A stretch of 64,000 nt of DNA, taken from contig CAWHHI010000016.1 in assembly GCA_963829055.1 (NCBI GenBank), positions 1,056,001 through 1,120,000 on the forward strand. The letters run 5' to 3'. The notes beneath the pieces were generated by a model. The model was not told the origin of the DNA and did not search any database. It worked only from the letters and a program-made list of their open reading frames with translations. The first letter of the stretch is position 1; each line of letters begins with the position of its first letter. The translations under genes were made by a program, and so were the position numbers. This DNA comes from an uncultured Gemmatimonadaceae bacterium (lineage in GTDB: Bacteria; Gemmatimonadota; Gemmatimonadetes; Gemmatimonadales; Gemmatimonadaceae). This document shows, piece after piece, positions 53,415 to 63,984 of the stretch.

Positions 53415-54701
53415 ATGAGCAAATGGCTCAAGCGGGGCATCGGCGGCGCGGTCATTCTTGGCGTTGGCGCGTTCGTCGCGATCACGGCGGCAAAGCGTAA
53501 CACCAAGGGCACCGAAGTCCGCATGGAAACGGTCCAGAAGCGCGACCTCGTCGCGTCTGTCACGGCCAGCGGCCAGGTGCAGCCGCAAATGAAGGTGGAC
53601 GTCGCCGCCGACATCAGCGGCCGCATTGTTCGGCTCGCGGTGAAGGAAGGCCAGACGGTCACGAAGGGTCAGTTCCTGCTCGAGATAGACCCGTCACAGT
53701 ACATCGCCGCGGTGCAGCGAGCCGAGGCGGCACTGAGCGCGTCGAAGGCGCAGGAAGCGCAGGCGAAGGCCAACCTGATCCAGGCGCAGCGCAACTACCA
53801 GCGCTCGGCCGAGATCAAGAAGGCCAACGCGCAGCTCATCTCCGATGAACAGCTGGAGCAGCTCAAGACGCAGGCCGAGGTGCAACAGGCGCTACAGGAA
53901 GCGGCCACGCACCAGGTCGAGCAGTCTGCCGCGCAGCTGAACGATGCGAAGAGCAGCCTGGCGAAGACGACGATTCTCGCGCCGATGAGTGGCCGCGTGA
54001 CGCGTCTCGCCGTCGAGCAGGGTGAGACGGCGGTGCCGGGCACGTTCAACAAGGACGCGGCCACGCTGCTCACGATCGCGGACATGAGTGTGCTCGAGAC
54101 CAAGGTAAAGGTCGACGAGACGGACGTCGCTCGCATCGAAGTCGGCGACTCCGCCATCGTGCAGATCGACGCCTTCCCCGACACGACCTTCCTCGGCCGC
54201 GTCACCAAGATCTCCAACAGCTCGGTGAAAGCCGCTGCTGCTTCGGGGTCAGCCGATCAGGCGGTCGACTACGAAGTCACCATCCAGCTCGTCAATCCGC
54301 CGAAAGACACGCGGCCTGACTTCTCGGCCACAGCCAAGGTGGTGACGGATGCGCGCACGCAGGCGCTGTCCATTCCGATCATCGCGCTGACGGTGCGAGA
54401 GAACGAGAAGCTCGAGAACGCCGATACGGCTGCCATCGCGCTCGGACGGACGACTAACGCCAAGCAGGTCGGCAAGAAGGACGTCGAGGGCGTGTTCGTG
54501 GTCGGCACCGACAACAAAGTGTCGTTCCGGCCCGTAAAGGTTGGGATCGCCGGCGAGAAATACTTCGAGGTCCTCACGGGCCTGAAGGATGGCGAGAAGA
54601 TCGTCGGCGGGACTTACCAGGCCATCCGCGAGCTGAAGGACGGCGCGCTGGTGCGCGAGCCCAAGAAAGATGACAAGAAGCCACAGGTAACCAAATCGTG
54701 A
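53415..54701 (+). CDS. Periplasmic adaptor subunit (MacA/HlyD family)
   Basis: N-terminal [27 protein letters not shown], coiled hairpin, [21 protein letters not shown]. Confidence 0.93.
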   Translation: MSKWLKRGIGGAVILGVGAFVAITAAKRNTKGTEVRMETVQKRDLVASVTASGQVQPQMKVDVAADISGRIVRLAVKEGQTVTKGQFLLEIDPSQYIAAVQRAEAALSASKAQEAQAKANLIQAQRNYQRSAEIKKANAQLISDEQLEQLKTQAEVQQALQEAATHQVEQSAAQLNDAKSSLAKTTILAPMSGRVTRLAVEQGETAVPGTFNKDAATLLTIADMSVLETKVKVDETDVARIEVGDSAIVQIDAFPDTTFLGRVTKISNSSVKAAAASGSADQAVDYEVTIQLVNPPKDTRPDFSATAKVVTDARTQALSIPIIALTVRENEKLENADTAAIALGRTTNAKQVGKKDVEGVFVVGTDNKVSFRPVKVGIAGEKYFEVLTGLKDGEKIVGGTYQAIRELKDGALVREPKKDDKKPQVTKS

Positions 54702-55531
54702 CCGCACAAACAACGGGCGAGCGCGCGGACGACTCGCTCGCGACAACGGGCGAGCACCCGATGAGCACGACCGCCGAACGCAAGGCGGTCGTCGAGCTGG
54801 CCGGACAGGCGCCGAGCAAGGAGTGGGTGATCGTCACGCGCGGCCTCAAGCGTGAATACGACATGGGTGGCGAAATCGTCCGTGCACTTCGCGGCGTCGA
54901 CATCGCCATCCGCCGGAACGAGTACGTCGCCATCATGGGACCGTCGGGGTCGGGCAAGTCGACGCTCATGAACCTCATCGGCTGTCTCGACACGCCTAAC
55001 GAGGGCGAGTACTGGCTCAACGGCGCGATGGTGTCCACGATGAGCGACGACGCGCTCGCCCGCGTGCGCAACAAGGAAATCGGGTTCGTATTCCAGACGT
55101 TCAACCTGCTCCCGCGCGCGACGGCGCTGCACAACGTCGAGCTGCCGCTCGTGTACGCGGGCGTTCCGTCCGACGAACGGAAGCGCCGCGCCCGGGAAGC
55201 GCTCGAGCGCGTGCAGCTCGGCAACCGCATGGATCACAGACCTAACGAGCTGTCGGGCGGACAACGCCAGCGCGTCGCCATCGCGCGCGCGCTCGTGAAC
55301 AACCCGTCCATCCTGCTCGCCGACGAACCGACCGGTAACCTCGATTCGCAGACGTCCGAAGAGATCATGCGCGTCTTCGAGTCGCTGGCGTCACAGGGGC
55401 AGACGGTCATCATGGTGACGCACGAGCCGGACATCGCGGCGCATGCTCGCCGCGTGGTCGTGCTTCGTGACGGCGTCATCGCAAGCGACGACCGCCGAGC
55501 GGCGTTCGCGGCGCGCGTAGGCCTCGAGTGA
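54698..55531 (+). CDS. ABC transporter ATP-binding protein (MacB/LolD-like)
   Basis: [39 protein letters not shown]. Alternative start at 54761. Confidence 0.95.
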   Translation: MTAQTTGERADDSLATTGEHPMSTTAERKAVVELAGQAPSKEWVIVTRGLKREYDMGGEIVRALRGVDIAIRRNEYVAIMGPSGSGKSTLMNLIGCLDTPNEGEYWLNGAMVSTMSDDALARVRNKEIGFVFQTFNLLPRATALHNVELPLVYAGVPSDERKRRAREALERVQLGNRMDHRPNELSGGQRQRVAIARALVNNPSILLADEPTGNLDSQTSEEIMRVFESLASQGQTVIMVTHEPDIAAHARRVVVLRDGVIASDDRRAAFAARVGLE

Positions 55532-56769
55532 ACTTCCTCGAGGCCGTTCGGCTCGCATTGTCCCAGATCAGGGTGCAGAAGCTGAAGAGCTTCTTCACCC
55601 TGCTTGGTGTTGTCATCGGCGTGATGTTCCTCATCGCCGTCGTGTCCATCGTCGAGGGCATGAGCCGGTACGTCGAGGAAGACTTCGCCGCCAAGATCAT
55701 CGGCAAGAACACGTTCTCCTTTCGACGTCGCCCCGATGTGAACGTCGGCAACGTGAGCGAGGAGACGTGGCGCGAGTATTCGCGGCGCCCGCGAGTGTAC
55801 GAGCGGGACGTCGCCGTCGCGCGCAGTGCCCTGCCCCCCGGCACGCTGTCGGCCGTCGAGAACATGACGTTCGCCTACGCGAACTCGCAGTTCGCGCGGC
55901 CGCGCCAGGTGCAGGTGATCGCCACCGAGTCCGACTACTTCCGCATCAAATCGTACAACCTGACGAGCGGCCGTCTGTTCTCGCCGCAGGAGGCAGAGCT
56001 CGGAACACCGGTCGTCATCATCGGCACCGAGGTCGCGAGCCACTTCTTCCGCGGGCTCGACCCCGTCGGCCGCGAGCTGCGTATTGGCGGCACACCGTAC
56101 GCCATCATCGGCGTCCTCGAGAAGCAGGGCAACGTGTTCGGCTTCTCGCTGGATCGTATGGTGATCGGCCCCTACAAGTCTGCCCTGTCGCGCGTCACGA
56201 ACCCGCGAGGTGACGTCGATGCGCTGGTCGTGCAAGCGCCGTCGCGCGAGATGCTCGACGACGCCCTCGAGAGCGTTCGTGAAGTCATGCGTGGCTTCCG
56301 TCGACTGCCGCCGTCACGACCGGACAACTTTGCGCTCGAGACGTCCGATGCGGCGCTGTCCTTCTTCGATGAGCTCAAAGGAAAGTTGATTCTCTTCGGC
56401 ACTGCCCTTCCCGCGATCGGTCTCGTGGTAGGCGCCATGGTCATCATGAACATCATGCTTGTCGCAGTGGCCGAGCGTACGCGTGAGATCGGCATTCGCA
56501 AAGCGCTCGGGGCGAAACGTCGTGATATTCTGTCGCAGTTCCTCGTGGAGTCGGCGACGCTGAGCGTCATGGGTGCAGCGATAGGCATCGGACTCGGTAT
56601 CGCTCTCGCGAAAGTCATCGCCGCCGTGTCGCCGCTTCCGGCGAGCGTCGCGCCGTGGTCCATCCTGCTCGCGCTTGGCGTGGGTGCCGGCGTCGGAATC
56701 CTCGCCGGGATGTATCCCGCGAGCCGCGCGGCGCGGCTCGATCCCATCACCGCCCTCCGTCAGGAATAG
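55528..56769 (+). CDS. MacB/FtsX-type ABC permease 1
   Basis: [53 protein letters not shown]. Confidence 0.95.
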   Translation: MNFLEAVRLALSQIRVQKLKSFFTLLGVVIGVMFLIAVVSIVEGMSRYVEEDFAAKIIGKNTFSFRRRPDVNVGNVSEETWREYSRRPRVYERDVAVARSALPPGTLSAVENMTFAYANSQFARPRQVQVIATESDYFRIKSYNLTSGRLFSPQEAELGTPVVIIGTEVASHFFRGLDPVGRELRIGGTPYAIIGVLEKQGNVFGFSLDRMVIGPYKSALSRVTNPRGDVDALVVQAPSREMLDDALESVREVMRGFRRLPPSRPDNFALETSDAALSFFDELKGKLILFGTALPAIGLVVGAMVIMNIMLVAVAERTREIGIRKALGAKRRDILSQFLVESATLSVMGAAIGIGLGIALAKVIAAVSPLPASVAPWSILLALGVGAGVGILAGMYPASRAARLDPITALRQE

Positions 56770-56772
56770 CCG

Positions 56773-58039
56773 ATGCGATTTCTCGATCGGCTGACGATCA
56801 TCAAGGAAGGCGTCGGCATCGCCATCGACGCCATTCGCGCCAACAAGGTGCGCGCGAGCCTAACGATCATGGGTGTTGCCGTGGGCGTGTTCGTGGTCAC
56901 CGCGATGGCCGCCGCCGTGCACGGCATTCGCGCCAGCTTTCAGGGGGACGTCGAGGCATTCGGTGCGTCGTCCTTTCAGGTGCGGCGTCGCGGCATCCAG
57001 CTCGGTGGCTGCGACGGAAGCGACGACACCTGCCCCGAGCGACGCAACCCCGCGCTGACGGTGGGTGAGGCGGCTGCAATGCGTCGACTACCGAGCGTCG
57101 CCGCCGTGACCGTCCACTGGTCGGACTCGCGCCCGTTCCGCTTTCACGATCGCTACCTCCAGGATGTGGGGTACGACGCGATGAGCGCGGAATGGCTCGA
57201 GACTGACGCGGGCGACATCTCGCCAGGCCGCAATTTCTCTGCACTCGAGGAGCAGGCGGCGGCTCGTGTCGTGATCATCAACGACTCGCTCCAGGCGCAG
57301 CTGTTCGCCGAGGGTGACCCGATCGGGAAACAGATTCAGATCGCGTCACAGCCGTTCACCGTGATCGGCGTCTACCACACGAGCGCCGGCTTCCTCAAGA
57401 CGATGGACGGCCGCGGGCCGGACAAGCCGCGGGGTATCATCCCGTTCATGACGGCGCGACGTCACCTCGGCCTCTGGGATCGTGGCGTGAGCATGATGGT
57501 GAAGCCGCGTCCGGATGTGGATCAGGCGCAGGCCATGGACGACGTCACGGCGCTCATGCGCGGCATGCGCGGTCTGCGACCCGCGTCAGCCTAACAACTT
57601 TGCGCTCGTGACATCCGAGCGCATGATGGAAACGTTCGACAAGATATTCGGCGCCATTTTCATGGTCGGCCTCGCGCTCTCGGCGGTTGGGCTGATGGTG
57701 GGTGGCGTGGGCGTCGTCGCGATCATGATGATCAGCGTCACCGAGCGCACGCGCGAGATCGGCGTGCGAAAGGCGCTGGGCGCGACGAAGGGAACGATTC
57801 TCTGGCAGTTTCTCGTCGAGGCCGCGACACTGACATCGATTGGCGCGGTGATCGGTCTCATTGGCGGCGCCGGTGTTGCCGCGCTCATGAAGGCGTTCTC
57901 GCCCATCCCCGCGGCGGTGCCCGGACAGGCGATCCTTGCGGCGCTCGTAGGCAGCGCGCTAACCGGGATTCTGTTCGGCATGATGCCGGCTGCACGGGCG
58001 GCCCGACTCGATCCCGTCGAGGCGCTGCGATACGAATAG
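56773..58039 (+). CDS. MacB/FtsX-type ABC permease 2 (frameshift near 57585)
   Basis: RASLTIMGVAVGV...VGGVGVVAIMMISVTERTREIGVRKALGA...ARLDPVEALRYE. Confidence 0.92.
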
Positions 58040-58077
58040 GCCCCGACGCGAAGCTTCAGCACATGCGGTGTTCGTTG

Positions 58078-58114
58078 AAGCGGGGCGCGTCGAGACGACG
58101 CGCCCCGCTTTCTA
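58078..58114 (+). terminator. Intrinsic terminator after permease 2
   Basis: AAGCGGGGCGCGTCG-AGA-CGACGCGCCCCGCTT followed by TCTATT. Confidence 0.75.
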
Positions 58115-58163
58115 TTGCCAGCGTCTCACGAACGATGGATGCTTCAGCATCGGTCGATCACGG

Positions 58164-58192
58164 TTGAGAATTTAGGCGTAACTAACTATATC
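58164..58192 (+). promoter_or_regulatory. Candidate sigma-70-like promoter for the permease 3/4 unit
   Basis: TTGAGA-17 nt-TATATC in a locally AT-rich intergenic patch. Confidence 0.4.
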
Positions 58193-58312
58193 TTTCCGCG
58201 GTCCTCAGATTGGGCGATCCCTCGCGATGGCGTATCTTACTTGTGAATCTTTTCACAAGAACGAGATCGCACAGGGTTGGTATCTCTCCTACCGGTAGGC
58301 GTCCCCCGACGC

Positions 58313-59555
58313 ATGCGATTCACTGACGTTCTCGGCATTGCCCTGGGACAGATCCGAGCGAACAAGCTCCGCTCGTTCTTCACCCTGCTCGGCATCATCG
58401 TCTCCGTCGCGTTTCTCGTCGCTGTCGTTGCGATCATCCAGGGGATGAACGCGTACGTCCGCGAGAACATCGCCGGCGCAGTCGTCGGCGCGAACGCGTT
58501 CCAGGTACGGCGAACTCCGCTTCAGCTGGCGCCAGTCGAGCGACGGAGATATGGACCGGATCCGGCGACGCCCGAGAATCACACAGCGTGACGCCGCAGC
58601 CGTCGCAGCGGCGCTCCCCGACGCGGCCGCCATCAGCATTCAATCCGGATGGCCGACACCGCAGGCGGATGTCGTCTGGCGCGACAAGACGCTCGCTGAC
58701 GTCCCCATTTTCGGCGTCACGCCGTCGTATCAGGAAGTCCAGGACTACCGGATCGCCGACGGACGTCCGCTCACGGACGTCGATCTGGCGCAGCGCCAAC
58801 CGGTCATCGTCGTCGGCGCCGAGATCGCGGAGAAGCTGTTCGAGAACATTCCGGCGGTCGGTCGCGACGTCCGCATTCTTGGCGAGCGCTACACCATCGT
58901 CGGTGTGATCAAGCCCAAGGGCCGAGTGCTCGGACAGTCGTTCGATGCGTTCGTGCTCATGCCGCTCAACCGCTTCGAAATGTTGTACGGCCGGCGCAGC
59001 ACCACGACGATCTCGGTCAAGATGAGCGAGGCGGTGGACGTCGCGCCCGCGATGGCTCGGGCCGAAGAAGCGATGCGCATCGCGCACGGGTTGCGGCCTA
59101 ACGAGGACAACGACTTCTCCGTCGAGACAGCCGATGCGCTCGTCAACTTCTGGAAGACGCTCACGCGCGTGCTGTTCAGCGTTATTCCCGCGGTGGTCGC
59201 CATCGGCATCGTCGTGGGCGGTATCGTCATCATGAACATCATGCTGATGGCCGTGAACGAGCGCACGCGCGAGATCGGCATCAGGAAAGCCGTCGGCGCG
59301 ACGCGCTCGGACATCAGCCGCCAGTTCTTCGTCGAGACGATCACACTCTCGAGCCTCGGTGGCGCGATCGGGGTTCTCGGCGGATGGATCTTCGCCATCG
59401 TCATCGCGTTCGCGTCGCCGCTTCCGGCACGCGTGAGCTACTGGTCCGTGATTCTCGCGCTGCTGCTGGGCGCCAGCGTCGGCGTGCTGTTCGGCGTGTA
59501 TCCGGCGAGACGCGCGGCACGCCTCGATCCGATCACCGCGTTGCGCGCGGAGTAG
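58313..59555 (+). CDS. MacB/FtsX-type ABC permease 3 (frameshift near 58535)
   Basis: KLRSFFTLLGIIVSV...[22 protein letters not shown]...[12 protein letters not shown]. Confidence 0.92.
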
Positions 59556-59587
59556 ACCATGCGGCGTATCGTGACGAGGACCCTAAC

Positions 59588-60832
59588 GTGAAACTTCTCG
59601 ACCAGCTCCGCGAGAACATCGGCATCGCGTTCGACGCCCTGCGCACGAGCAAGCTGCGCTCGGCGCTCACGATTCTCGGAGTGGTGATCGGCGTATCGAC
59701 CGTCATGTCGATGGCGGCCATCGTGCGCGGCATCCAGAAGCAGATCGTGCGGACGATCGAGATCGCCGGCCCCACGACGTTCTACGTCGTGAAGGTGTAC
59801 TCGCAGACGCCGTTGAACCCGGACGCGCTGCCGAGGTGGGTGCGCGTCCGCCCCAATCTGACGAAGTACGAAGCTGACCGGATCGCGGCACTCCCCGAGA
59901 TCTCGTACGGCGCGATCTGGGCGCAGATCGCTGGCCGGCTCGAATACCAGGGACAGCGAACGCAGGTAACCCAGATCTTCGGCGCCGACGACAGGTACAC
60001 GGAGATTCAAGGCGGGGAGTTGACCTCGGGGCGCTGGTTCACGCGCGCGGAGTTGGCCGCCGGATCCTCCGTCGCCGTGGTCCAGGAGAACGCGGCGCGT
60101 CGGCTGTTCGGCCGCGAGAATCCGGTCGGAAAGACCATTCGGCTCGGCGGGCGTCCAGTCGAGGTCATTGGCCTCTACGTCCCGCCGGAGAACATCTTCG
60201 CGCCGCCGGGTGCGGAGACGGGCGCCATCGTTCCGTACGTGCTGCTCGATCACCAGTTCACGATCGACCATACGAACGGTCAGTACATCGCGATCAAGCC
60301 TCGCGCGAACGTCACGGTCGAACAGGCCCAGGAGGCCGTCACCGTGCTGCTTCGCGAGCTACGGCACCTCCGGCCCGCGGACAAGAACTCGTTCGACCTG
60401 ATGACGCAGGACCAGATCCTCGACATCTTCGACAAGCTCACTGGCGCGTTCTTCCTCGTCATGATCGTGCTATCATCGGTCGGGCTCATGGTCGGAGGCA
60501 TCGGCGTGATGGCGATCATGATGGTGTCCGTCACGGACCGCACGAGGGAGATCGGCGTCCGAAAAGCGCTCGGTGCCACGCGAGGCGACATCATGCTCCA
60601 GTTTCTCATCGAGGCGGCCACGCTGACCGGGATCGGCGGGGTGATCGGGATCGCGCTCGGGCTGGGTATGGGCGGTATCGTGACGAAGCTGATGAAAGTC
60701 GATGCGGCGCCGCCTGCGTCTCTTACGGCGATCGCCGTCACGGTGTCGATCGGCATCGGCGTCATCTTTGGCCTTCTGCCCGCCCGCCGAGCGTCACGGC
60801 TGGACCCGGTCGAAGCCCTCCGGTACGAGTAG
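59588..60832 (+). CDS. MacB/FtsX-type ABC permease 4
   Basis: KLRSALTILGVVIGV...VGGIGVMAIMMVSVTDRTREIGVRKALGA...SRLDPVEALRYE; GAGGA RBS before the GTG. Confidence 0.93.
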   Translation: MKLLDQLRENIGIAFDALRTSKLRSALTILGVVIGVSTVMSMAAIVRGIQKQIVRTIEIAGPTTFYVVKVYSQTPLNPDALPRWVRVRPNLTKYEADRIAALPEISYGAIWAQIAGRLEYQGQRTQVTQIFGADDRYTEIQGGELTSGRWFTRAELAAGSSVAVVQENAARRLFGRENPVGKTIRLGGRPVEVIGLYVPPENIFAPPGAETGAIVPYVLLDHQFTIDHTNGQYIAIKPRANVTVEQAQEAVTVLLRELRHLRPADKNSFDLMTQDQILDIFDKLTGAFFLVMIVLSSVGLMVGGIGVMAIMMVSVTDRTREIGVRKALGATRGDIMLQFLIEAATLTGIGGVIGIALGLGMGGIVTKLMKVDAAPPASLTAIAVTVSIGIGVIFGLLPARRASRLDPVEALRYE

Positions 60833-60851
60833 CTCGTGTTAGGTTCCGCGC

Positions 60852-61571
60852 ATGTCTGATTTGCACGTTCTCGCGATCTTCGCCCACCGAGACGACGCCG
60901 AGCTCACATGCGGCGGCACCTTGATCAAGCTCGCCGGTCAGGGGCACCGAGCCGGGATTCTCGATCTCACCGCCGGCGAGATGGGATCACGCGGGTCCGC
61001 CGATCTGCGCGGGGCGGAGGCGGATCGCGCGGCAGCGATCATGGGCCTCGCGGTGCGCGAGAACCTCGGGCTGCCTGACGCGGGCATCATGAACACGCCG
61101 GAGACCCGTCGTCTCGTGGCGCGGGTCATCCGGCGGCTTCGTCCGACGATCGTGATCGCGCCCGCTCAGCAGGGGCGACATCCCGATCACCGGATTGCGT
61201 CCGAGCTCGTGCGCGACGCGTGCTTCATCTCGGGGCTCGCCAAGATCGAGCCCGATCTGCCGAAGCACCGTCCGCGGAAGGTCATTCACTGCCTTTCGTA
61301 TCGCGAGGATCATCTGCGCCCGACGTTCGTCGTCGACATCTCGGCCGAGTTCGAACGGAAGCTCGAAGCGATTCGCTGCTACGGGTCACAGTTCGATAGC
61401 GTCACGCAGGCGGGCGAAGTGTACCCGAACGGCGATCCGCTGTACGACATCGTCCGTCATCAGGCCGCGCACTACGGTTCGTTGATCCGCACGCGCTACG
61501 GCGAGCCATTCTTCACGACCGAGACGATGCGCGTCGACGACATCACCACGCTCGAGGTAGCGACGTTTTGA
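60852..61571 (+). CDS. bshB1: Bacillithiol biosynthesis deacetylase BshB1 (PIG-L family)
   Basis: AHRDDAELTCGGT, LDLTAGEMGSRG, RHPDH, PTFVVDIS..FERKLEAIRCYGSQF, YGEPF. Confidence 0.82.
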   Translation: MSDLHVLAIFAHRDDAELTCGGTLIKLAGQGHRAGILDLTAGEMGSRGSADLRGAEADRAAAIMGLAVRENLGLPDAGIMNTPETRRLVARVIRRLRPTIVIAPAQQGRHPDHRIASELVRDACFISGLAKIEPDLPKHRPRKVIHCLSYREDHLRPTFVVDISAEFERKLEAIRCYGSQFDSVTQAGEVYPNGDPLYDIVRHQAAHYGSLIRTRYGEPFFTTETMRVDDITTLEVATF

Positions 61572-62380
61572 CCCCTCCCGACGAGTCGCACGCTGCCGCT
61601 CCCGTATCGTACGGGTCCTACCTCGCGCTCGACGAGCTTCTCTCGCTGCAGCGGCCGCGCGCGGTGCCGGAGCACCCCGACGAGCTGCTGTTCATCGTCG
61701 TGCATCAGGCGAGTGAGCTGTGGTTCAAGTGCATTCTCCATGAGATGGACCAACTCGTCGCGGCGATGGAGCGCGGTGAAGTCATGTACGCCGTCCTCAC
61801 CGTCCGGCGTATCAACGCGCTCGTGCAGATCGTTTCGTCGCAGCTCGCCGCGCTCGAGACGATGCCGCCCCAGCACTTCGCGCAATTTCGCGGCTACCTC
61901 GGCACGTCGAGCGGTTCGCAGAGCGTGCAGTTCCGCGCGCTCGAAGCAGCGTCGGGATCGCGCGATCCACACTTCATGCACGTGATCCAGGAACACGGTG
62001 AGGTTCCGGATCTCATCAAGCAGGCGCTCGGGCGCCCGACACTGGAGGAGCTATTCGAGCGCCTGGCGGCGCGCGAAGCCGTGACGGTGGAGTCGCTCTA
62101 CACCGGTCCCGCTCCCACGCCGCTGTTTCTGCTGGCCGAGGGGCTGTTGGAGTACGACTCGGGATTTGCCAGGTGGCGATTTCTGCACGTGCAGCTGGTC
62201 GAACGCATCATCGGGCCGGCCACCGGCGGAACCGGCGGTACGTTAGGCGCGCGCTATCTCCAGCGAACGATCGCGCAGCGATTCCTGCCACGCCTGTGGG
62301 CAGTGCGGGCGAAGTTCTACAACGCGACATCGCCGGACACCGCGGGCGGCGATTCGACGGGGGACGCGAGTCCGCGGTGA
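61568..62380 (+). CDS. kynA: Tryptophan 2,3-dioxygenase
   Basis: YGSYLALDELLSLQ, DELLFIVVHQASELWFK, FRGYLGTSSGSQSVQFR, WRFLH..LVERIIG..GTGGT.G..YL. Confidence 0.92.
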   Translation: MTPPDESHAAAPVSYGSYLALDELLSLQRPRAVPEHPDELLFIVVHQASELWFKCILHEMDQLVAAMERGEVMYAVLTVRRINALVQIVSSQLAALETMPPQHFAQFRGYLGTSSGSQSVQFRALEAASGSRDPHFMHVIQEHGEVPDLIKQALGRPTLEELFERLAAREAVTVESLYTGPAPTPLFLLAEGLLEYDSGFARWRFLHVQLVERIIGPATGGTGGTLGARYLQRTIAQRFLPRLWAVRAKFYNATSPDTAGGDSTGDASPR

Positions 62381-63003
62381 TCCGGGACATCAGCATCGCG
62401 CTGCGAGAAGGCACGCCTGAGTGGCCCGGCGATACGCCGTTCGCCTGCCGATGGGCGACGCTCATCGCCAACGGCGAGAGCGTGAACGTGTCGGCAGTGA
62501 TCGGGAGCCCGCACGTCGGGACGCATGCTGACGCGCCGCTCCACGTGCGCGATGGCTGGCCCGGTTCGCATGAGCTGCCGCTCGAGGCGTTCGTCGGCCC
62601 GGCGACCGTGGTGGACGTCAGCGGGCATTCGGGCGTCATCGAGGCCGACGCGTTAGGCTACGACCCCGAAGCCCACGGCGAACGGCTGCTGCTGAGAACC
62701 GGCAGGACGATCGCCGGCGGCCAGTTTCCTAACGAGTGGCCGACGCTGAGCGAGGCGTGCGTGCGCGCGCTGGTCGGGCGTGGACTGCGGCTGCTGGGCG
62801 TTGATGCGCCGTCGGTGGACACGAGGGAAAGCAAGACGCTCCCGGTGCATCACATGCTGTTCTCGGGCAACGCATACATCCTCGAGAATCTCGATCTGCG
62901 CCGCGTGCCCACGGGGCCATACGAGCTGATCGCGCTTCCGCTCAAGTTCATGGCGCTGGATGCCGCGCCCGTGCGCGCCGTTCTCCGCGACGTACAGGGC
63001 TGA
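62377..63003 (+). CDS. kynB: Kynurenine formamidase (cyclase family)
   Basis: WPGDTPF, PHVGTHADAPLH, RLLLRT, GVDAPSVD, ILENLDL, YELIALPLK..DAAPVRAVL; adjacent to kynA. Confidence 0.9.
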   Translation: MIRDISIALREGTPEWPGDTPFACRWATLIANGESVNVSAVIGSPHVGTHADAPLHVRDGWPGSHELPLEAFVGPATVVDVSGHSGVIEADALGYDPEAHGERLLLRTGRTIAGGQFPNEWPTLSEACVRALVGRGLRLLGVDAPSVDTRESKTLPVHHMLFSGNAYILENLDLRRVPTGPYELIALPLKFMALDAAPVRAVLRDVQG

Positions 63004-63012
63004 GACACGCGG

Positions 63013-63984
63013 GTGACCACGCCGCCCGGCTACGCGATTCGCGCCGACCAGCTCACGTGTGACTTCGGCCCGGTGCGAGCACTCGACTCCCTCTCGCTCG
63101 AAGTGCCCAGCGGGATCGTGTTCGGATTTCTCGGACCTAACGGCGCCGGGAAAACCACAGCCATCCGCGCGTTCCTCGGTCTCATCGATCCGAGCGCGGG
63201 CCGGGCCGAAGTCCTCGGCTTCGACACCCGCCGGGAAGCGACGACAATTCGCACGCGCTGCGGCGCGTTGCTCGAGCATCCTGGCCTGTACGAGCGACTC
63301 ACAGCGAAGGCGAACCTCGACTTCTATGGGCGTGCGTGGCACATACCGCGGCCCGTCCGGCAGGATCGCATCCGCGAGTTGCTGACGCGGTTCGGACTGT
63401 GGGACCGACGCGACGACCCAGTCGGCCGCTGGAGCCGTGGCATGAAGCAGAAGCTGGCGGTCGCGCGCGCTGTGCTGCATCGCCCCGCTCTGGTATTTCT
63501 CGATGAGCCGACGTCCGGGCTGGATCCGGTGGCGACCGTGGGCCTGCGTGAGGATCTCGCCGCGCTCGCCGCCCAGGAAGGCGTCACCGTGTTCCTGACC
63601 ACGCACAATCTCAACGAAGCCGAACGGCTGTGCGCGCAGGTCGGTGTGATTCGCGGCGGGAAACTGCTCGCCGTCGGTAGTCCCGAGTCGCTCCGTGCGC
63701 GACGCGATTCCGGACGCGTGCGCATCTCCGCCCGCGGATTGACCGAGGAGCTACTCATGTCGCTCCGGGCACGGCCGGACATCCAGTCAGCGGCGGCGGA
63801 CGACGGTCAGCTGTCGCTCGCCCTCCGGAATGGCGCGAACGTCGCACCGATCGTGGCGTGGCTCGTCCAGCACGACGTCGAGGTGGAGGAGGTCGTGAAG
63901 ACGCGCGCGACACTCGAGGACGCGTTTCTCGATCTCATGGGGCTGGACGCCGCCGGACCGGCGCTCGGCAGGGGTGACGCGTGA
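63013..63984 (+). CDS. ABC-2 type transporter ATP-binding protein
   Basis: GPNGAGKTT, WSRGMKQKL, FLDEPTSGLDP, TTHNL, TLEDAFL. Confidence 0.93.
   Translation: MTTPPGYAIRADQLTCDFGPVRALDSLSLEVPSGIVFGFLGPNGAGKTTAIRAFLGLIDPSAGRAEVLGFDTRREATTIRTRCGALLEHPGLYERLTAKANLDFYGRAWHIPRPVRQDRIRELLTRFGLWDRRDDPVGRWSRGMKQKLAVARAVLHRPALVFLDEPTSGLDPVATVGLREDLAALAAQEGVTVFLTTHNLNEAERLCAQVGVIRGGKLLAVGSPESLRARRDSGRVRISARGLTEELLMSLRARPDIQSAAADDGQLSLALRNGANVAPIVAWLVQHDVEVEEVVKTRATLEDAFLDLMGLDAAGPALGRGDA

Noticed and set aside
1..58600. About 20 frameshifted genes (rimO, lepB, ALDH, NtrC-type regulator, thpR, comM, TonB receptor, Omp85, SSADH, histidine kinase, TolC, permeases and others) as pseudogenes or programmed frameshifts
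   Set aside because: Breaks are evenly scattered single-base indels that also hit normally essential genes such as lepB. I saw no in-frame stops, decay or slippery-site pattern. Long-read consensus error is the simplest explanation; short-read polishing would confirm.
708..63142. CGTTAGG(C) as telomere-like repeat, Chi site or KOPS
   Set aside because: It is never tandem, and is split about 21:20 between strands with no polarity across 64 kb, unlike Chi or KOPS.
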